A stretch of 37,353 bases of DNA from Smithella sp. UBA2180 (GCA_002327415.1 DCVU01000079.1:1-37353); one strand, 5' to 3'; counted from the first letter of the stretch, positions 1 through 8,762 are shown. Notes: generated from the letters alone by a model not told the origin. Translations and numbers: made by a program.

Positions 1-147
1 GACACTCAGATGCACTCTCTTTTAATATTTCTTTCTACACTCGGCGGAATAGCTGCTATGGGATTTTCCGGTTTTATCCTGGGACCGGTTATCGCTTCTC
101 TTTTTCTCGCCGGTTGGAAATTATTCCCGGAAATTTATCAGAAATAA
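1..147 (+). CDS. C-terminal end of a membrane protein, likely AI-2E/PerM-family transporter (5' partial, runs off window)
   Basis: Frame 1 is open from base 1 to TAA at 145-147. Translation is DTQMHSLLIFLSTLGGIAAMGFSGFILGPVIASLFLAGWKLFPEIYQK, a hydrophobic Gly-rich last TM helix typical of the AI-2E family C-terminus. Confidence 0.4.
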   Translation, partial: DTQMHSLLIFLSTLGGIAAMGFSGFILGPVIASLFLAGWKLFPEIYQK

Positions 148-211
148 AAGTATCAAAGAATTTTCAGACTATTGAATCTAGTGTAGTGTTTCATAAATAT
201 CTATACAATAT

Positions 212-294
212 GTCATTCCGAATCCCGCGTGCGGGTGAGGAATCTTTTAAGATTTCTCGTTGTCCCGACACATGTCAGGACTCCTCGAAATGAC
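212..294. repeat. Intergenic palindromic repeat, family 1 copy A (GTCATTCCGAA...CTCGAAATGAC)
   Basis: Inverted termini GTCAT(T/A/G)(C/T)CGAA / TCGAA(A/G)TGAC and an internal AAGA(T/C)TTCTC box, both shared with 13505-13564 and 36030-36103. Internal hairpins CCCGC-GT-GCGGG and GTCCCGACA-CA-TGTCAGGAC. Confidence 0.7.
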
Positions 295-365
295 AGGGAT
301 GCTAAATTTAGAGGTTTAGAAAAATCATTATTGCGTAATCCGGGTTAATGAACATTTGGAATATT

Positions 366-935
366 TCAGGTTTTAACCAGAAATCGCCAGAGAGCGTCTC
401 TGTCTTTTGTCTTTGCGTAATCAATGCCTATCCGGGGAGTAATGATAATTGATTTAGCCGGAATCTTCCTGTAATCCTCCACCCACAATTCTTTGCCGCA
501 GGTCAAATCCCAGCCGTTCAAAGATTTGTCAATGCTCAAAGCCTGACAGAGCTTGGCCGGACCATTAGTTAACTCAGCGCCTTTTCTCTTCCTGCGTGCT
601 TCCATTTCTTCAATTCCGGCAAGTGGCACAACAGCGCGGATAAGCACGGCGCAGGGATTTTCCGCGGCTTCAGTCACGAGGTTGAGCATGTAGTGCATGC
701 CGTAAGTAAAATAAACGTAAGCATGACCGGGCTCACCGAACATGACTTTATTTCGCGGTGTCATGCCGCGATGGGCATGGCAGGCGCTGTCCGCTTGACC
801 ACAGTAAGCTTCCGTTTCCACGATCATTCCGGAAAGTTCAAGGCTATCTATTTGACGCACCAACTTTTGCCCCAAAAGAGACCGAGCCACCTGCAACGTA
901 TCGCGCCGATAAAATTTCCTATCCAGTATGTTCAT
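366..935 (-). CDS. DNA-3-methyladenine glycosylase (Mpg/AAG family)
   Basis: The ORF translation has family-typical blocks IVETEAY...DSACHAHRG.T.RN..MFG.PGHAYVYF.YGMH..LN.V. ATG at 935 is preferred over the TTG at 941 used by the ORF track. Confidence 0.85.
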   Translation of the reverse strand: MNILDRKFYRRDTLQVARSLLGQKLVRQIDSLELSGMIVETEAYCGQADSACHAHRGMTPRNKVMFGEPGHAYVYFTYGMHYMLNLVTEAAENPCAVLIRAVVPLAGIEEMEARRKRKGAELTNGPAKLCQALSIDKSLNGWDLTCGKELWVEDYRKIPAKSIIITPRIGIDYAKTKDRDALWRFLVKT

Positions 936-1178
936 GATCAATCTTTATTACCACAAAATACCGGAGACTTGAATCTGTTTTCCTATTGATTTTATAAAAC
1001 AAATTTGTTTTTAATTTTCCAAGAAATAAAGTATATTTTATAAAATTAAAATGCCAAGTTGGTATATTAAATGTTCCTCGGAGAGGAATAGAGGCATATG
1101 AAAGCCTTACTTTTCGGACACATGTAGCAAGATATAATCAAGATCGGAGTTTGAAACCACGGACCAAATATTTTTTGC

Positions 1179-1207
1179 TTGACAAACTACAATTACTATC
1201 GTATAAT
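1179..1207 (+). promoter_or_regulatory. Consensus sigma70 promoter for the 1258 gene
   Basis: TTGACA (1179-1184), a 17-nt spacer, then TATAAT (1202-1207). It sits in an AT-rich intergenic region. GGAGG at 1248-1252 precedes the ATG at 1258. Confidence 0.7.
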
Positions 1208-1257
1208 ATGTGCTATGAAGTATGTAGTAGTTAAGTACGTCAAGCAAGGAGGAAACA

Positions 1258-1716
1258 ATGGCGGTCTATAAGATTGATGTAGACGAAGAGGTTTGGCAGT
1301 TCTTGAAGAAGAACGCGGATCCATTTGAAGATACCCCAAATTCAGTTTTAAAAAGACTTCTATTTGGAAGAACTGAAAACCGAACTGAAAGCCCCGTAAA
1401 AACCCATACGGCAAACGATTTTCCCACCTTTCCGGCATCTGTGCCAAAGGCTTTAGCTCAAACTCTCGAAGTTATTTATGGAGTCAAGAAGCTCGGATTG
1501 TCGAGAAGACAGGCAACGAACATGGTAGCCAAGAAACGTAATATAGCGCCTCAAACCGTTATTGACAAGTATTGTCGCCAGCTTGATAAGCGGGCTTATG
1601 ATGTAGAACGGCTACTAGAGTCAAAAAGCTCAGAAGGAATTGAGGGGTTACTTTTGGAAAAATTCAGAAACAATAGAGATGTTGTCCGAGACTTTTTTCG
1701 GACATTGGTGGCATAG
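1258..1716 (+). CDS. Hypothetical protein; the N-terminus resembles a small ribbon-helix-helix/SeqA-N-like DNA-binding motif
   Basis: 152-aa ORF with a strong SD and a consensus promoter. N-terminal motif YKIDVDEEVWQFLKKNADPFEDTPNSVLKRLL. I recognise no family for the remainder. Confidence 0.6.
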   Translation: MAVYKIDVDEEVWQFLKKNADPFEDTPNSVLKRLLFGRTENRTESPVKTHTANDFPTFPASVPKALAQTLEVIYGVKKLGLSRRQATNMVAKKRNIAPQTVIDKYCRQLDKRAYDVERLLESKSSEGIEGLLLEKFRNNRDVVRDFFRTLVA

Positions 1717-1807
1717 GTAACAGGAATCGATAACGACGCCATGCAGCGAATCGCGGAAAAACCCGCTCCCGCTGATGTACGACATTAGACTATTAACGGA
1801 GGTGATC

Positions 1808-2188
1808 ATGAAGAGAATTGGTATGTTGTTAGTGTTTGCCATTACCGTCCTTTTTCTGGCCGGATGTGCGACGAGTAAATTCACACAGACCGGAGAGACA
1901 TATCCCCCTTACAAAGGACCAGTCAAGGTCTTGACTGAACCACCGAAGGATAAGAAGTACATTGAAGTGGGCTGGGTTGCTTCCTCTGGAGGAATGATTC
2001 ATGAATGGACGGACTTGATTGAAGCTATGCAGAAGAAAGCCGCTTCCAAAGGCGCAAACGCAATCATTCTGAACCAAGCAGACAAGACAAACAGCAGCAT
2101 GATCACATACAATCAGCAATTCGGGCTTATCGGAGGCTCGGGTACGCAAAAATCCCTTATGGCCATAGCCATAAGAATACTTGAATAA
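1808..2188 (+). CDS. Small lipoprotein, unknown function
   Basis: MKRIGMLLVFAITVLFLAGC is a signal peptide plus lipobox (LAGC). SD GGAGGTG lies 4 nt upstream of the ATG at 1808. The ORF-track start at 1775 was rejected in favour of this one. Confidence 0.7.
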   Translation: MKRIGMLLVFAITVLFLAGCATSKFTQTGETYPPYKGPVKVLTEPPKDKKYIEVGWVASSGGMIHEWTDLIEAMQKKAASKGANAIILNQADKTNSSMITYNQQFGLIGGSGTQKSLMAIAIRILE

Positions 2189-2203
2189 TAAGGAGGGCAA
2201 CAT

Positions 2204-2530
2204 ATGTTCGATTTGAAAATTTTTTCTGACGGCATTTCCCTCTTTGAAAAGGTGGTGTCCGCAGTCAAATCAATTGTCGATATGCTACCTAAGCGGGAGA
2301 AGGAGGACGTTTCTCGGAAACTTCTTGAAGTTGAGGAAAAGCTACAGGCAGCTGAAGCTCAGATAGCCAAAGGATTAGGATATGAGCTGTGCAGATGCAC
2401 TTGGCCGCCCCAAATTATGTTGCATGCAGGCGAGGCGGAATATGGTGAAAAATTTCGTTGCCCTGTTTGTAGTCGCGTCGTCTCACCTGATGATATGCCT
2501 CCTTTGAATAATAACTGGCGTACGATTTGA
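2204..2530 (+). CDS. Hypothetical protein: coiled-coil N-terminus plus C-terminal Cys-rich (CxC...CPVC) zinc-ribbon-like motif
   Basis: 108-aa ORF starting 15 nt after the lipoprotein gene, SD AAGGAGGG upstream. Contains CRCTWPP...FRCPVCSRV. Confidence 0.5.
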   Translation: MFDLKIFSDGISLFEKVVSAVKSIVDMLPKREKEDVSRKLLEVEEKLQAAEAQIAKGLGYELCRCTWPPQIMLHAGEAEYGEKFRCPVCSRVVSPDDMPPLNNNWRTI

Positions 2531-2560
2531 TGTTGACTATTCCTTCAAAGACTATGAACA

Positions 2561-2662
2561 GACAAAGGGCTAACAACCGCATTAACTCGGACTGACAATT
2601 CCGCTGCGCTCCATTGCCATCCGGTTATGCGGAGCGTTCGGTAGACATCCACGCCCTTTGTC
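2561..2662. repeat. Nested imperfect palindrome of about 100 bp between convergent genes (REP/MITE-like; possible bidirectional terminator)
   Basis: Outer arms GACAAAGGGC (2561-2570) and GCCCTTTGTC (2653-2662) are perfect complements. Inner arms are AACAACCGCATTAACTCGGA versus TCCGGTTATGCGGAGCGTT, and GACAATT versus CATTGCC. Confidence 0.6.
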
Positions 2663-2716
2663 ATCCTTATCCGAATAACGAAGAGAATTCGATGAACGTA
2701 AATTCAGATCTTCCCT

Positions 2717-2995
2717 TTACTTTCTAATCGACATTTTCCCTTCATTATATTTATGAATCAACATGGAAATGAGGGACTGATACGGAATACCTTCTTCAAT
2801 GGCTTTTGCCCGGATTTTCATTAAATCCCTTTCGGTCATCCGGATATTGATCCGCATTTGCTTGTTCAGGCTATAGCGCGCGGAGGCCTCGTATTTCTGC
2901 TTTTCTTTTTTAGGCAGATCGGAGACCCATTCTTCATTTTCCAGGGATTCCGCCAATTTTTTTTCATCGTCGTCTAAATACACATTTTTTTTCAT
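2717..2995 (-). CDS. brnA: BrnA-like (CopG/RHH) antitoxin
   Basis: 92 aa. C-terminal INIRMTERDLMKIRAKAIEEGIPYQSLISMLIHKY matches the BrnA-type antitoxin pattern. It has a 4-nt ATGA overlap with the upstream BrnT gene, and the toxin-first order is typical of BrnTA. Confidence 0.75.
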   Translation of the reverse strand: MKKNVYLDDDEKKLAESLENEEWVSDLPKKEKQKYEASARYSLNKQMRINIRMTERDLMKIRAKAIEEGIPYQSLISMLIHKYNEGKMSIRK

Positions 2996-3270
2996 TGCTT
3001 ATCTCCCAGATACTTCTTTGTTGCTTTTCTGTTGGGTATGATTGTTTTCAGAAATATTTTTTCATGATCCTCAACATAAGGCACTGAATAGATGTAATCC
3101 GCAATCCTTACTAAAAATACTTTTTGCTTAGGATATTTTGCCGGATTCGGATGCGTTAAACGGTCTATTAAATCACCGGTTGCAATGGCTAATTCAACCT
3201 GTTCAAATGATACGCCGCGCAATTGCTTAAGCGTTTCATTTTTTTCGTCATTCCAGTCAAAATATTTCAT
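2992..3270 (-). CDS. brnT: BrnT (DUF497) family toxin
   Basis: 92 aa. The N-terminal FDWNDEKNETLKQLRGVSFEQV and the C-terminal IFLKTIIPNRKATKKY fit the BrnT/DUF497 pattern. Confidence 0.75.
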   Translation of the reverse strand: MKYFDWNDEKNETLKQLRGVSFEQVELAIATGDLIDRLTHPNPAKYPKQKVFLVRIADYIYSVPYVEDHEKIFLKTIIPNRKATKKYLGDKQ

Positions 3271-3438
3271 AAATGTGTGCCTATTGCATTCTTTTTGCTA
3301 AAATAACAGTGAATGATATTTCTGTCAAATAGTATTTTTCGTCACACCTATTCAAATTGATAAATATCAATTCCAGTGCTATATTGTTACAGTAAATTGC
3401 TTTAAAAGTATAAAAAAGCGGTAGAAAGATAAAATTCA

Positions 3439-3948
3439 ATGGTCAGATTACGGACAATTCAGGCAAATATTGTTACCCTTTCGGTTGATGCGATTGTCAA
3501 TGCAGCGAACTCATCGCTTCTTGGCGGAGGTGGAGTTGACGGCGCAATCCACCGCGCCGCAGGCCCCGAACTGCTTGAGGAATGCCGAAAGCTTGGCGGA
3601 TGCAAAACCGGAGAAGCAAAGCTGACAAAGGGCTATAAATTGCCCGCACGATTTGTCATCCATACTGTGGGACCGGTTTGGAAAGGCGGGGGGAAAGGTG
3701 AGCCACAACTGCTCGCTTCCTGTTACCGGAATTCTTTAGCCATCGCTAACAAACAAGGATTTAAAACGATTGCTTTCCCCGGTATCAGCACCGGTGTTTA
3801 TGGATATCCCTTTGAACTGGCGGCTCGAGTTGCCGTAGACACAGCCGCTGAAGTGGTTCAAAAATCGTCGAAGTTAGAGGAGATAATTTTCTGCTGCTTT
3901 TCGCCTGACGATCTTGCCGTCTACGAATCTCTTCTTTCTAAAAGTTGA
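3439..3948 (+). CDS. Macro-domain protein (O-acetyl-ADP-ribose deacetylase, YmdB/MacroD-like)
   Basis: [34 protein letters not shown]...[10 protein letters not shown]...[14 protein letters not shown] are canonical macro-domain motifs. Confidence 0.9.
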   Translation: MVRLRTIQANIVTLSVDAIVNAANSSLLGGGGVDGAIHRAAGPELLEECRKLGGCKTGEAKLTKGYKLPARFVIHTVGPVWKGGGKGEPQLLASCYRNSLAIANKQGFKTIAFPGISTGVYGYPFELAARVAVDTAAEVVQKSSKLEEIIFCCFSPDDLAVYESLLSKS

Positions 3949-4009
3949 ACAAACGAAGAGACCAAAGAGAAATTAAGTTTAGTCGCCATTAAAGGCAAAA
4001 AAATATTCT

Positions 4010-5059
4010 CTATATTTTTTCTTTTCCATCACTAATGGATTTAAACAGCCTGCCGAATACCGGATGCCTCTGTGCTGCCATCTTGACTATTAAACTGCCC
4101 ATCTGTCCGTAACTGATACCGGCCACTTCGGCGGCGCACGCCATGCTGGCATCAATGCTGATATCCGCGTTAGGGTTAACATCCAGAACATAAAATATGT
4201 TATCCCGCAGTCGGACATCCATACGGGCGTAATCCCGGCATCCTAGAGCATGATAAGCTTTTTTGCAGACCGACTCCATATCCTCCTTTTCATCATTGGT
4301 CAGAGGAGCGGGCAGGAGCGTTTCTATTTTTGTATAATGTTCGGAGCCGGGAATAAATTTCGCATCATAGGTGCACAACCTGTCTTGGACATTACCGAAA
4401 AATGAAAAATCCATTTCCGCGGCGGGTAACACCGTCAGGTTTTCATTGCCTAAAACGGAAACATGAAATTCGCGCCCGTCAATGAAATCCTCCACCAAAG
4501 CCGGCTGGGAATATTTATCAAGAACGAAGGATATGCGATTTTTCAATTCCGTTTGATTAAATACTACGGAGTCTTGTGTAATGCCCATGGAACAATGTTC
4601 ATTTATCGGCTTAACAATTGCCGGGAATATATTCCAGTCGCCCGGTTCGGGAGAATGAAATACACGCCAGGCCGGTGTGGGGATACGAGCCTGATCGAGA
4701 AGGACTTTCACACGGTATTTATCATACGCCAGATCCAGTGTGCCGGAATCCGCGCCGGTAAAGGTAAAGCCGAGCGTATCGAGTCGTTTTGCCACCAACC
4801 CTTCACTGCGCTCTATCCCGGGAAGTCCTTCGCACCAGTTAAAAACAATATGGCCGGCAGGATCGAAGCAATTGAGATATTTGGCGATATCGTCATCCTC
4901 GATGGGGACAAAAACCAGAGGATACCCCATATCAATAAGCGCTTGACCAAGCTGTGTGGTCAGATGAATCACTTCATCTTTTTCAACTTGCGTCCAGTCC
5001 GGATCAACACTGTAAAGTAATATAACCGGAATTTTCGCGGGCTCGATGTCCATCGGCAC
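4010..5059 (-). CDS. ATP-grasp protein of the D-alanine--D-alanine ligase family
   Basis: 349 aa. DKYRVKVLL...PAIVKP..E.CS.GI...VEDFIDGREF.V.VLGN...ARMDVRL...FYVLDVNPN are ATP-grasp/Ddl-like blocks. Confidence 0.75.
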   Translation of the reverse strand: MPMDIEPAKIPVILLYSVDPDWTQVEKDEVIHLTTQLGQALIDMGYPLVFVPIEDDDIAKYLNCFDPAGHIVFNWCEGLPGIERSEGLVAKRLDTLGFTFTGADSGTLDLAYDKYRVKVLLDQARIPTPAWRVFHSPEPGDWNIFPAIVKPINEHCSMGITQDSVVFNQTELKNRISFVLDKYSQPALVEDFIDGREFHVSVLGNENLTVLPAAEMDFSFFGNVQDRLCTYDAKFIPGSEHYTKIETLLPAPLTNDEKEDMESVCKKAYHALGCRDYARMDVRLRDNIFYVLDVNPNADISIDASMACAAEVAGISYGQMGSLIVKMAAQRHPVFGRLFKSISDGKEKI

Positions 5060-5082
5060 TAGGTCTCCTCCACAATTTTAAA

Positions 5083-5114
5083 GACCCCGACCTTCGAGAA
5101 TAAAGGTCGGGGTC
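5083..5114 (-). terminator. Strong hairpin downstream of asd (terminator or attenuator ahead of the ATP-grasp gene)
   Basis: Perfect 11-bp stem GACCCCGACCT / AGGTCGGGGTC with a 10-nt loop. On the minus strand it is followed by TTTAAAATT. It lies between asd (ends 5125) and the next gene (starts 5059). Confidence 0.5.
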
Positions 5115-5124
5115 GTGTGGTAAA

Positions 5125-6225
5125 TTATTTAACCAGTTTCAGATAATTCTTGACCAGATATTCCGCTGTTTGCAGAGCGCCTTTAGCCGCTCCCAGCTTG
5201 GTGTTATGGGCCAGGCAAACATATTTGATCCCGTTTTCAATAATCGGATCTTTACGGATACGGCCGACAGTCACCGTCATACCACCGCCCTTGTCTCTGT
5301 CCATTCTCGGCTGAGGACGGAAAGGATCATCGGTAACATCAATCAGATGCGCCGGTGAGCTGGGAAGTTCAAGATCGACAAAATCCTTGCCGAAATTCAC
5401 CATTGCCTTTTTCACTTGCTCCGGCGAACAGGGTTTTTCTGTTTGCACAAAAGCACACACTATATGACCGTCAAGCACAGGTACACGGGTGCATGTCGCC
5501 GTAATGCCAAAAGGCGCATGTCTGATATTATTGCCGGTAAACTTTCCCAAAATTTTTTGCGGCTCGGTCTCCACTTTTGGTTCCTCGCCAGCTATATAAG
5601 GGATGACATTTTCCGTCATATCCATAACGGATAAGCCCGGTGTTCTTCCCGCACCGGACATGGCTTGTAGCGAAGTCATCACTACTTGCTTTACTCCAAA
5701 AAGCTCCTGAATTGGTTTCAAAGAAACCACTAAACCGGCAATCGTGCAATTCGGTTTAGGAGAAACAAATCCCTTCCAGCGGCGGTTTTTCTGTTGGACC
5801 GCGAGCAATGCCGCGTGATCCATATTCACCCCACCAACAAGAATTGGTGTATCATCTTCATAACGAAACGCCGAAGCCGTGCTGATAACCGGTGTAGTTT
5901 TGGCATACTTCGGTTCCAGTTCTTTGGCGGCACCAGCATCCATTGTGGAAAAAATAATATCAACCGATTTAGCATCGAAAGAAGCCGCTTCTTCCACGAC
6001 CATCTTAGCGATATTATCAGGCAACTCTTCTGTGCACCACCAGCGCGAAGAGCCATTGGCATCTTTAAGAGCTTCAATATATTTTTTTCCCGCAGACCGC
6101 TCCGAAGCTACTAATTTTGTTATTTTAAACCAGGGATGCCCAATCAGGCTGACAATCGCCTGCTGACCGACTATCCCGGTTGCACCGACAATAGCAATTC
6201 TTAACATCTTTTTACTAACCTCCAT
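5125..6225 (-). CDS. asd: Aspartate-semialdehyde dehydrogenase
   Basis: 366 aa. N-terminal Rossmann motif IAIVGATGIVGQ, active-site PNCTIAGL, and TCTRVPVLDGH near the C-terminus. Confidence 0.85.
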   Translation of the reverse strand: MEVSKKMLRIAIVGATGIVGQQAIVSLIGHPWFKITKLVASERSAGKKYIEALKDANGSSRWWCTEELPDNIAKMVVEEAASFDAKSVDIIFSTMDAGAAKELEPKYAKTTPVISTASAFRYEDDTPILVGGVNMDHAALLAVQQKNRRWKGFVSPKPNCTIAGLVVSLKPIQELFGVKQVVMTSLQAMSGAGRTPGLSVMDMTENVIPYIAGEEPKVETEPQKILGKFTGNNIRHAPFGITATCTRVPVLDGHIVCAFVQTEKPCSPEQVKKAMVNFGKDFVDLELPSSPAHLIDVTDDPFRPQPRMDRDKGGGMTVTVGRIRKDPIIENGIKYVCLAHNTKLGAAKGALQTAEYLVKNYLKLVK

Positions 6226-6239
6226 CTAAATTTCCTTTG

Positions 6240-7181
6240 TTATTTATTTTCAATATTCTTAAGCAAAATTGATCTTGCCTTTTCTACATCCGCCGCAATC
6301 TGCTTCTTTAACATTTCGGGACTATCAAATTTGATAATGTCCCTAATCTTCTCCACAAACTCCGTATTTAATCTTTTGCCTCTGAGATCACCGGAAAAAT
6401 CAAGCATATGAACTTCAAAAGTAGAAGTATAATCAGCGAAGGTTGGTTTCTCGCCGATATTTAAAGCCGCCATATAGCGCTTTCCTTCAACATTCGCAAA
6501 TGCGGCATATATTCCCGCGGGCGGCAGTAATTCTTTTTCCGGCTCTATGTTGGCCGTGGGAAAGCCAAGACCAACACCGCGCCCTCTTCCCGAAACCACA
6601 ATACCGGCAATATTATAACACCTTCCCAGAAGCTTGGTCACTTTTTTAACGTCGCCTTTGATAATCAAATTCCTTACAAGCGTGCTGCTGATAATATCCT
6701 CTCCCTCTTTAACAGCGTCAACAACTTCTACAGTAAATCCCATTTCATTCCCGCAGGAAATCAAATAATCGCTGTTGCCTTCTTTGCCCTGACCGAAAGT
6801 ATAATCATGGCCGACAATAATTTTTTTAATAGCCAGTTTTTGTCCGAGGAATTCCCGGACAAATTGTTCGGCAGTCACCTTGGAATAATCCAGGGAGAAA
6901 GGAATCACTAACGTGCCGTCAATCCCGCAATTTTCCAGCAATTTCAGCTTCTCATCTAAAGTAGTGATCAGATAAAAAGGCCGGATCCCAGGATGAAGAA
7001 TCATCTTGGGATGCGGGTCAAAAGTAATAACCAGCGATTTCGTTCCGGCCTTTTTTGCCTCGTTAGCAAGTTTACGGCAAATGAATTGATGGCTCAGATG
7101 CACGCCGTCAAAGTTGCCGATCGTCACAAATGATCCGCGAAAATCTTCAGTTATGTTTTCTATTCCCTTAAATATAATCAT
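6240..7181 (-). CDS. ribF: Bifunctional riboflavin kinase / FAD synthetase
   Basis: 313 aa. GNFDGVHLSHQ (FAD synthetase) and GRGRGVGLGFPTANI...EVHMLDF (riboflavin kinase). Confidence 0.9.
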   Translation of the reverse strand: MIIFKGIENITEDFRGSFVTIGNFDGVHLSHQFICRKLANEAKKAGTKSLVITFDPHPKMILHPGIRPFYLITTLDEKLKLLENCGIDGTLVIPFSLDYSKVTAEQFVREFLGQKLAIKKIIVGHDYTFGQGKEGNSDYLISCGNEMGFTVEVVDAVKEGEDIISSTLVRNLIIKGDVKKVTKLLGRCYNIAGIVVSGRGRGVGLGFPTANIEPEKELLPPAGIYAAFANVEGKRYMAALNIGEKPTFADYTSTFEVHMLDFSGDLRGKRLNTEFVEKIRDIIKFDSPEMLKKQIAADVEKARSILLKNIENK

Positions 7182-7256
7182 TATTTTCCACTAACCATTA
7201 AGATAATTGGCTTGCTAACATAGCATTTTGGGGATTAAATTCAAGTTCATTTTATC

Positions 7257-7284
7257 TTGACAATAAGATGATGATAGGTATAGT
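7257..7284 (+). promoter_or_regulatory. Sigma70-type promoter of tRNA-Leu
   Basis: TTGACA (7257-7262), a 16-nt spacer, then TATAGT (7279-7284), ending 14 nt before the tRNA 5' end. Confidence 0.6.
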
Positions 7285-7297
7285 GCACTTTTTGCGT

Positions 7298-7384
7298 GCC
7301 GAAGTGGCGGAATTGGTAGACGCGCTAGGTTCAGGGTCTAGTGGGTGTACGCCTGTCCGGGTTCAAATCCCGGCTTCGGCACCA
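7298..7384 (+). tRNA. tRNA-Leu (anticodon CAG), class II with long variable arm, encoded CCA
   Basis: Acceptor stem GCCGAAG / CTTCGGC, anticodon loop TTCAGGG (CAG), long variable arm, T-arm GGGTTCAAATCCC, then ACCA followed by a T-run. Confidence 0.9.
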
Positions 7385-7492
7385 TTTTTTTGTCCGCATT
7401 AATTTTAATATGTTATATCCAAATGAAAGCTTTTAACTTGACGCTTCGAAGCAATTTTTTTATCCTGTAAAAAAAACAAAGGCAAAGCACTA

Positions 7493-8209
7493 ATGATCGA
7501 AAACTTGGTAAACAATCTATCTTTATACTTGCAGGGTTCAGTGTTTTTAGCTTTCCTTGCAGCATATCTGGGCGGAGTGGTAATAAGTTTCACTCCATGC
7601 ACTTATCCTTTAATTCCGGTAACTGTCGGATTAATCGGCGCGCAGGGTTCATCATCCAAACTCCGCGGATTTTTTCTTGCACTGTTTTATGTTGGAGGAA
7701 TCTCATTTACCTATTCCATTCTGGGCGGAATAGCGGCCTTATCGGGCAGACTTTTCGGGCAGATGCAAACGACGCCCTGGACATATTTCATTATGGCAAA
7801 CCTTTGCCTTTTTATGGGTCTGTCCATGCTCGATGTTTTCCATATTTCTCTTCCAGTTCCGCAAAAATTCATGAAGATCCCCGTCCAAAACAATAATAAA
7901 GGATTTTTAGACAGCTTTTTAATCGGCGCCGTATCCGGCGTTGTTATCGGACCCTGCACCGCTCCCGCGCTGGCCGTTTTACTGGGCTATGTGGCGGTAA
8001 AAACGAATCTTTTGCTGGGTATGAGTCTGCTTTTTGTTTTCGCCTTCGGCATGGGAACGCTGTTGATTATCGCCGGCACATTCGCCGGCGTTATCGCCGC
8101 TTTGCCCAGATCAGGCACATGGATGATAAAAATAAAATTCATTTCCGGGCTGATATTGATTGGCGCGGCGGAATATTTCCTGTATATTGCTGGTGCTTTA
8201 TCAACATAA
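7493..8209 (+). CDS. ccdA: Cytochrome c biogenesis / thiol-disulfide transporter CcdA (DsbD transmembrane-domain family)
   Basis: 238-aa polytopic membrane protein with the paired motifs SFTPCTYPLIP and GPCTAPAL characteristic of CcdA/DsbD-beta. Confidence 0.85.
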   Translation: MIENLVNNLSLYLQGSVFLAFLAAYLGGVVISFTPCTYPLIPVTVGLIGAQGSSSKLRGFFLALFYVGGISFTYSILGGIAALSGRLFGQMQTTPWTYFIMANLCLFMGLSMLDVFHISLPVPQKFMKIPVQNNNKGFLDSFLIGAVSGVVIGPCTAPALAVLLGYVAVKTNLLLGMSLLFVFAFGMGTLLIIAGTFAGVIAALPRSGTWMIKIKFISGLILIGAAEYFLYIAGALST

Positions 8210-8225
8210 GAAAAAAGAGGGTGCA

Positions 8226-8732
8226 ATGAATAAAAAAATACTATTGTTGATTCCGGTTATTTTATTTCTCTGTGTTTCCGCCGCCTTGTCGTTCGGGCAA
8301 TCCGGACCTCCCTTTAAACAGGAGAAGATTGCGGCGCCGAACTTTTCATTGGATGATGTTCAGGGAAAAACATTTAAACTGAGCAGTCAACGGGGAAATC
8401 CGGTAATAATATTTTTCGGGGCGACTTGGTGCCCTGCCTGCCGCGGCGAAATGCCCAACTACAAAGCTCTGTATGATAAATACGCTAAAAGCGGGCTGAA
8501 ATTTATTTATATTGATATAAACGAATCGACCAAAAAGGTGGCTCGTTTTGCCAAAGAAAATTCATTCCCTTATCTTGTTTTGGTGGACTTAGACGGCAGT
8601 GTCGCCAATGACTACGAGATTATCGGGGTGCCGACATTAATTCTCGTGGATAAGCAGGGAAACATCATCGGCGTAAGCCACCGTACTTCGGATTTGCCGC
8701 TGGATAAGCTTTTCCCGGCTAAAAAGAAATAA
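8226..8732 (+). CDS. TlpA/ResA-family periplasmic thiol-disulfide oxidoreductase
   Basis: Signal peptide MNKKILLLIPVILFLCVSAALS, then a thioredoxin fold with WCPAC. SD AGAGGGTG precedes the ATG at 8226, so the 8160 start was rejected. Adjacent to ccdA. Confidence 0.85.
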   Translation: MNKKILLLIPVILFLCVSAALSFGQSGPPFKQEKIAAPNFSLDDVQGKTFKLSSQRGNPVIIFFGATWCPACRGEMPNYKALYDKYAKSGLKFIYIDINESTKKVARFAKENSFPYLVLVDLDGSVANDYEIIGVPTLILVDKQGNIIGVSHRTSDLPLDKLFPAKKK

Positions 8733-8762
8733 CCCGATAAAATATTTTTTAGAGGTGAAGCA

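Noticed and set aside
4463-5020. 185-aa ORF antisense to the ATP-grasp gene
   Set aside because: It is nested antisense within a CDS that has coherent ATP-grasp motifs, and it has no independent support.
8160-8225. Upstream extensions proposed by the ORF track (8160 for tlpA; likewise 1775, 14412, 20048, 32009 and 36726 for other genes)
   Set aside because: In each case an internal ATG preceded by a good SD gives a native-looking N-terminus, such as a signal peptide, a Rossmann fold or an ATGA coupling. The extensions overlap the upstream gene or intergenic repeats.
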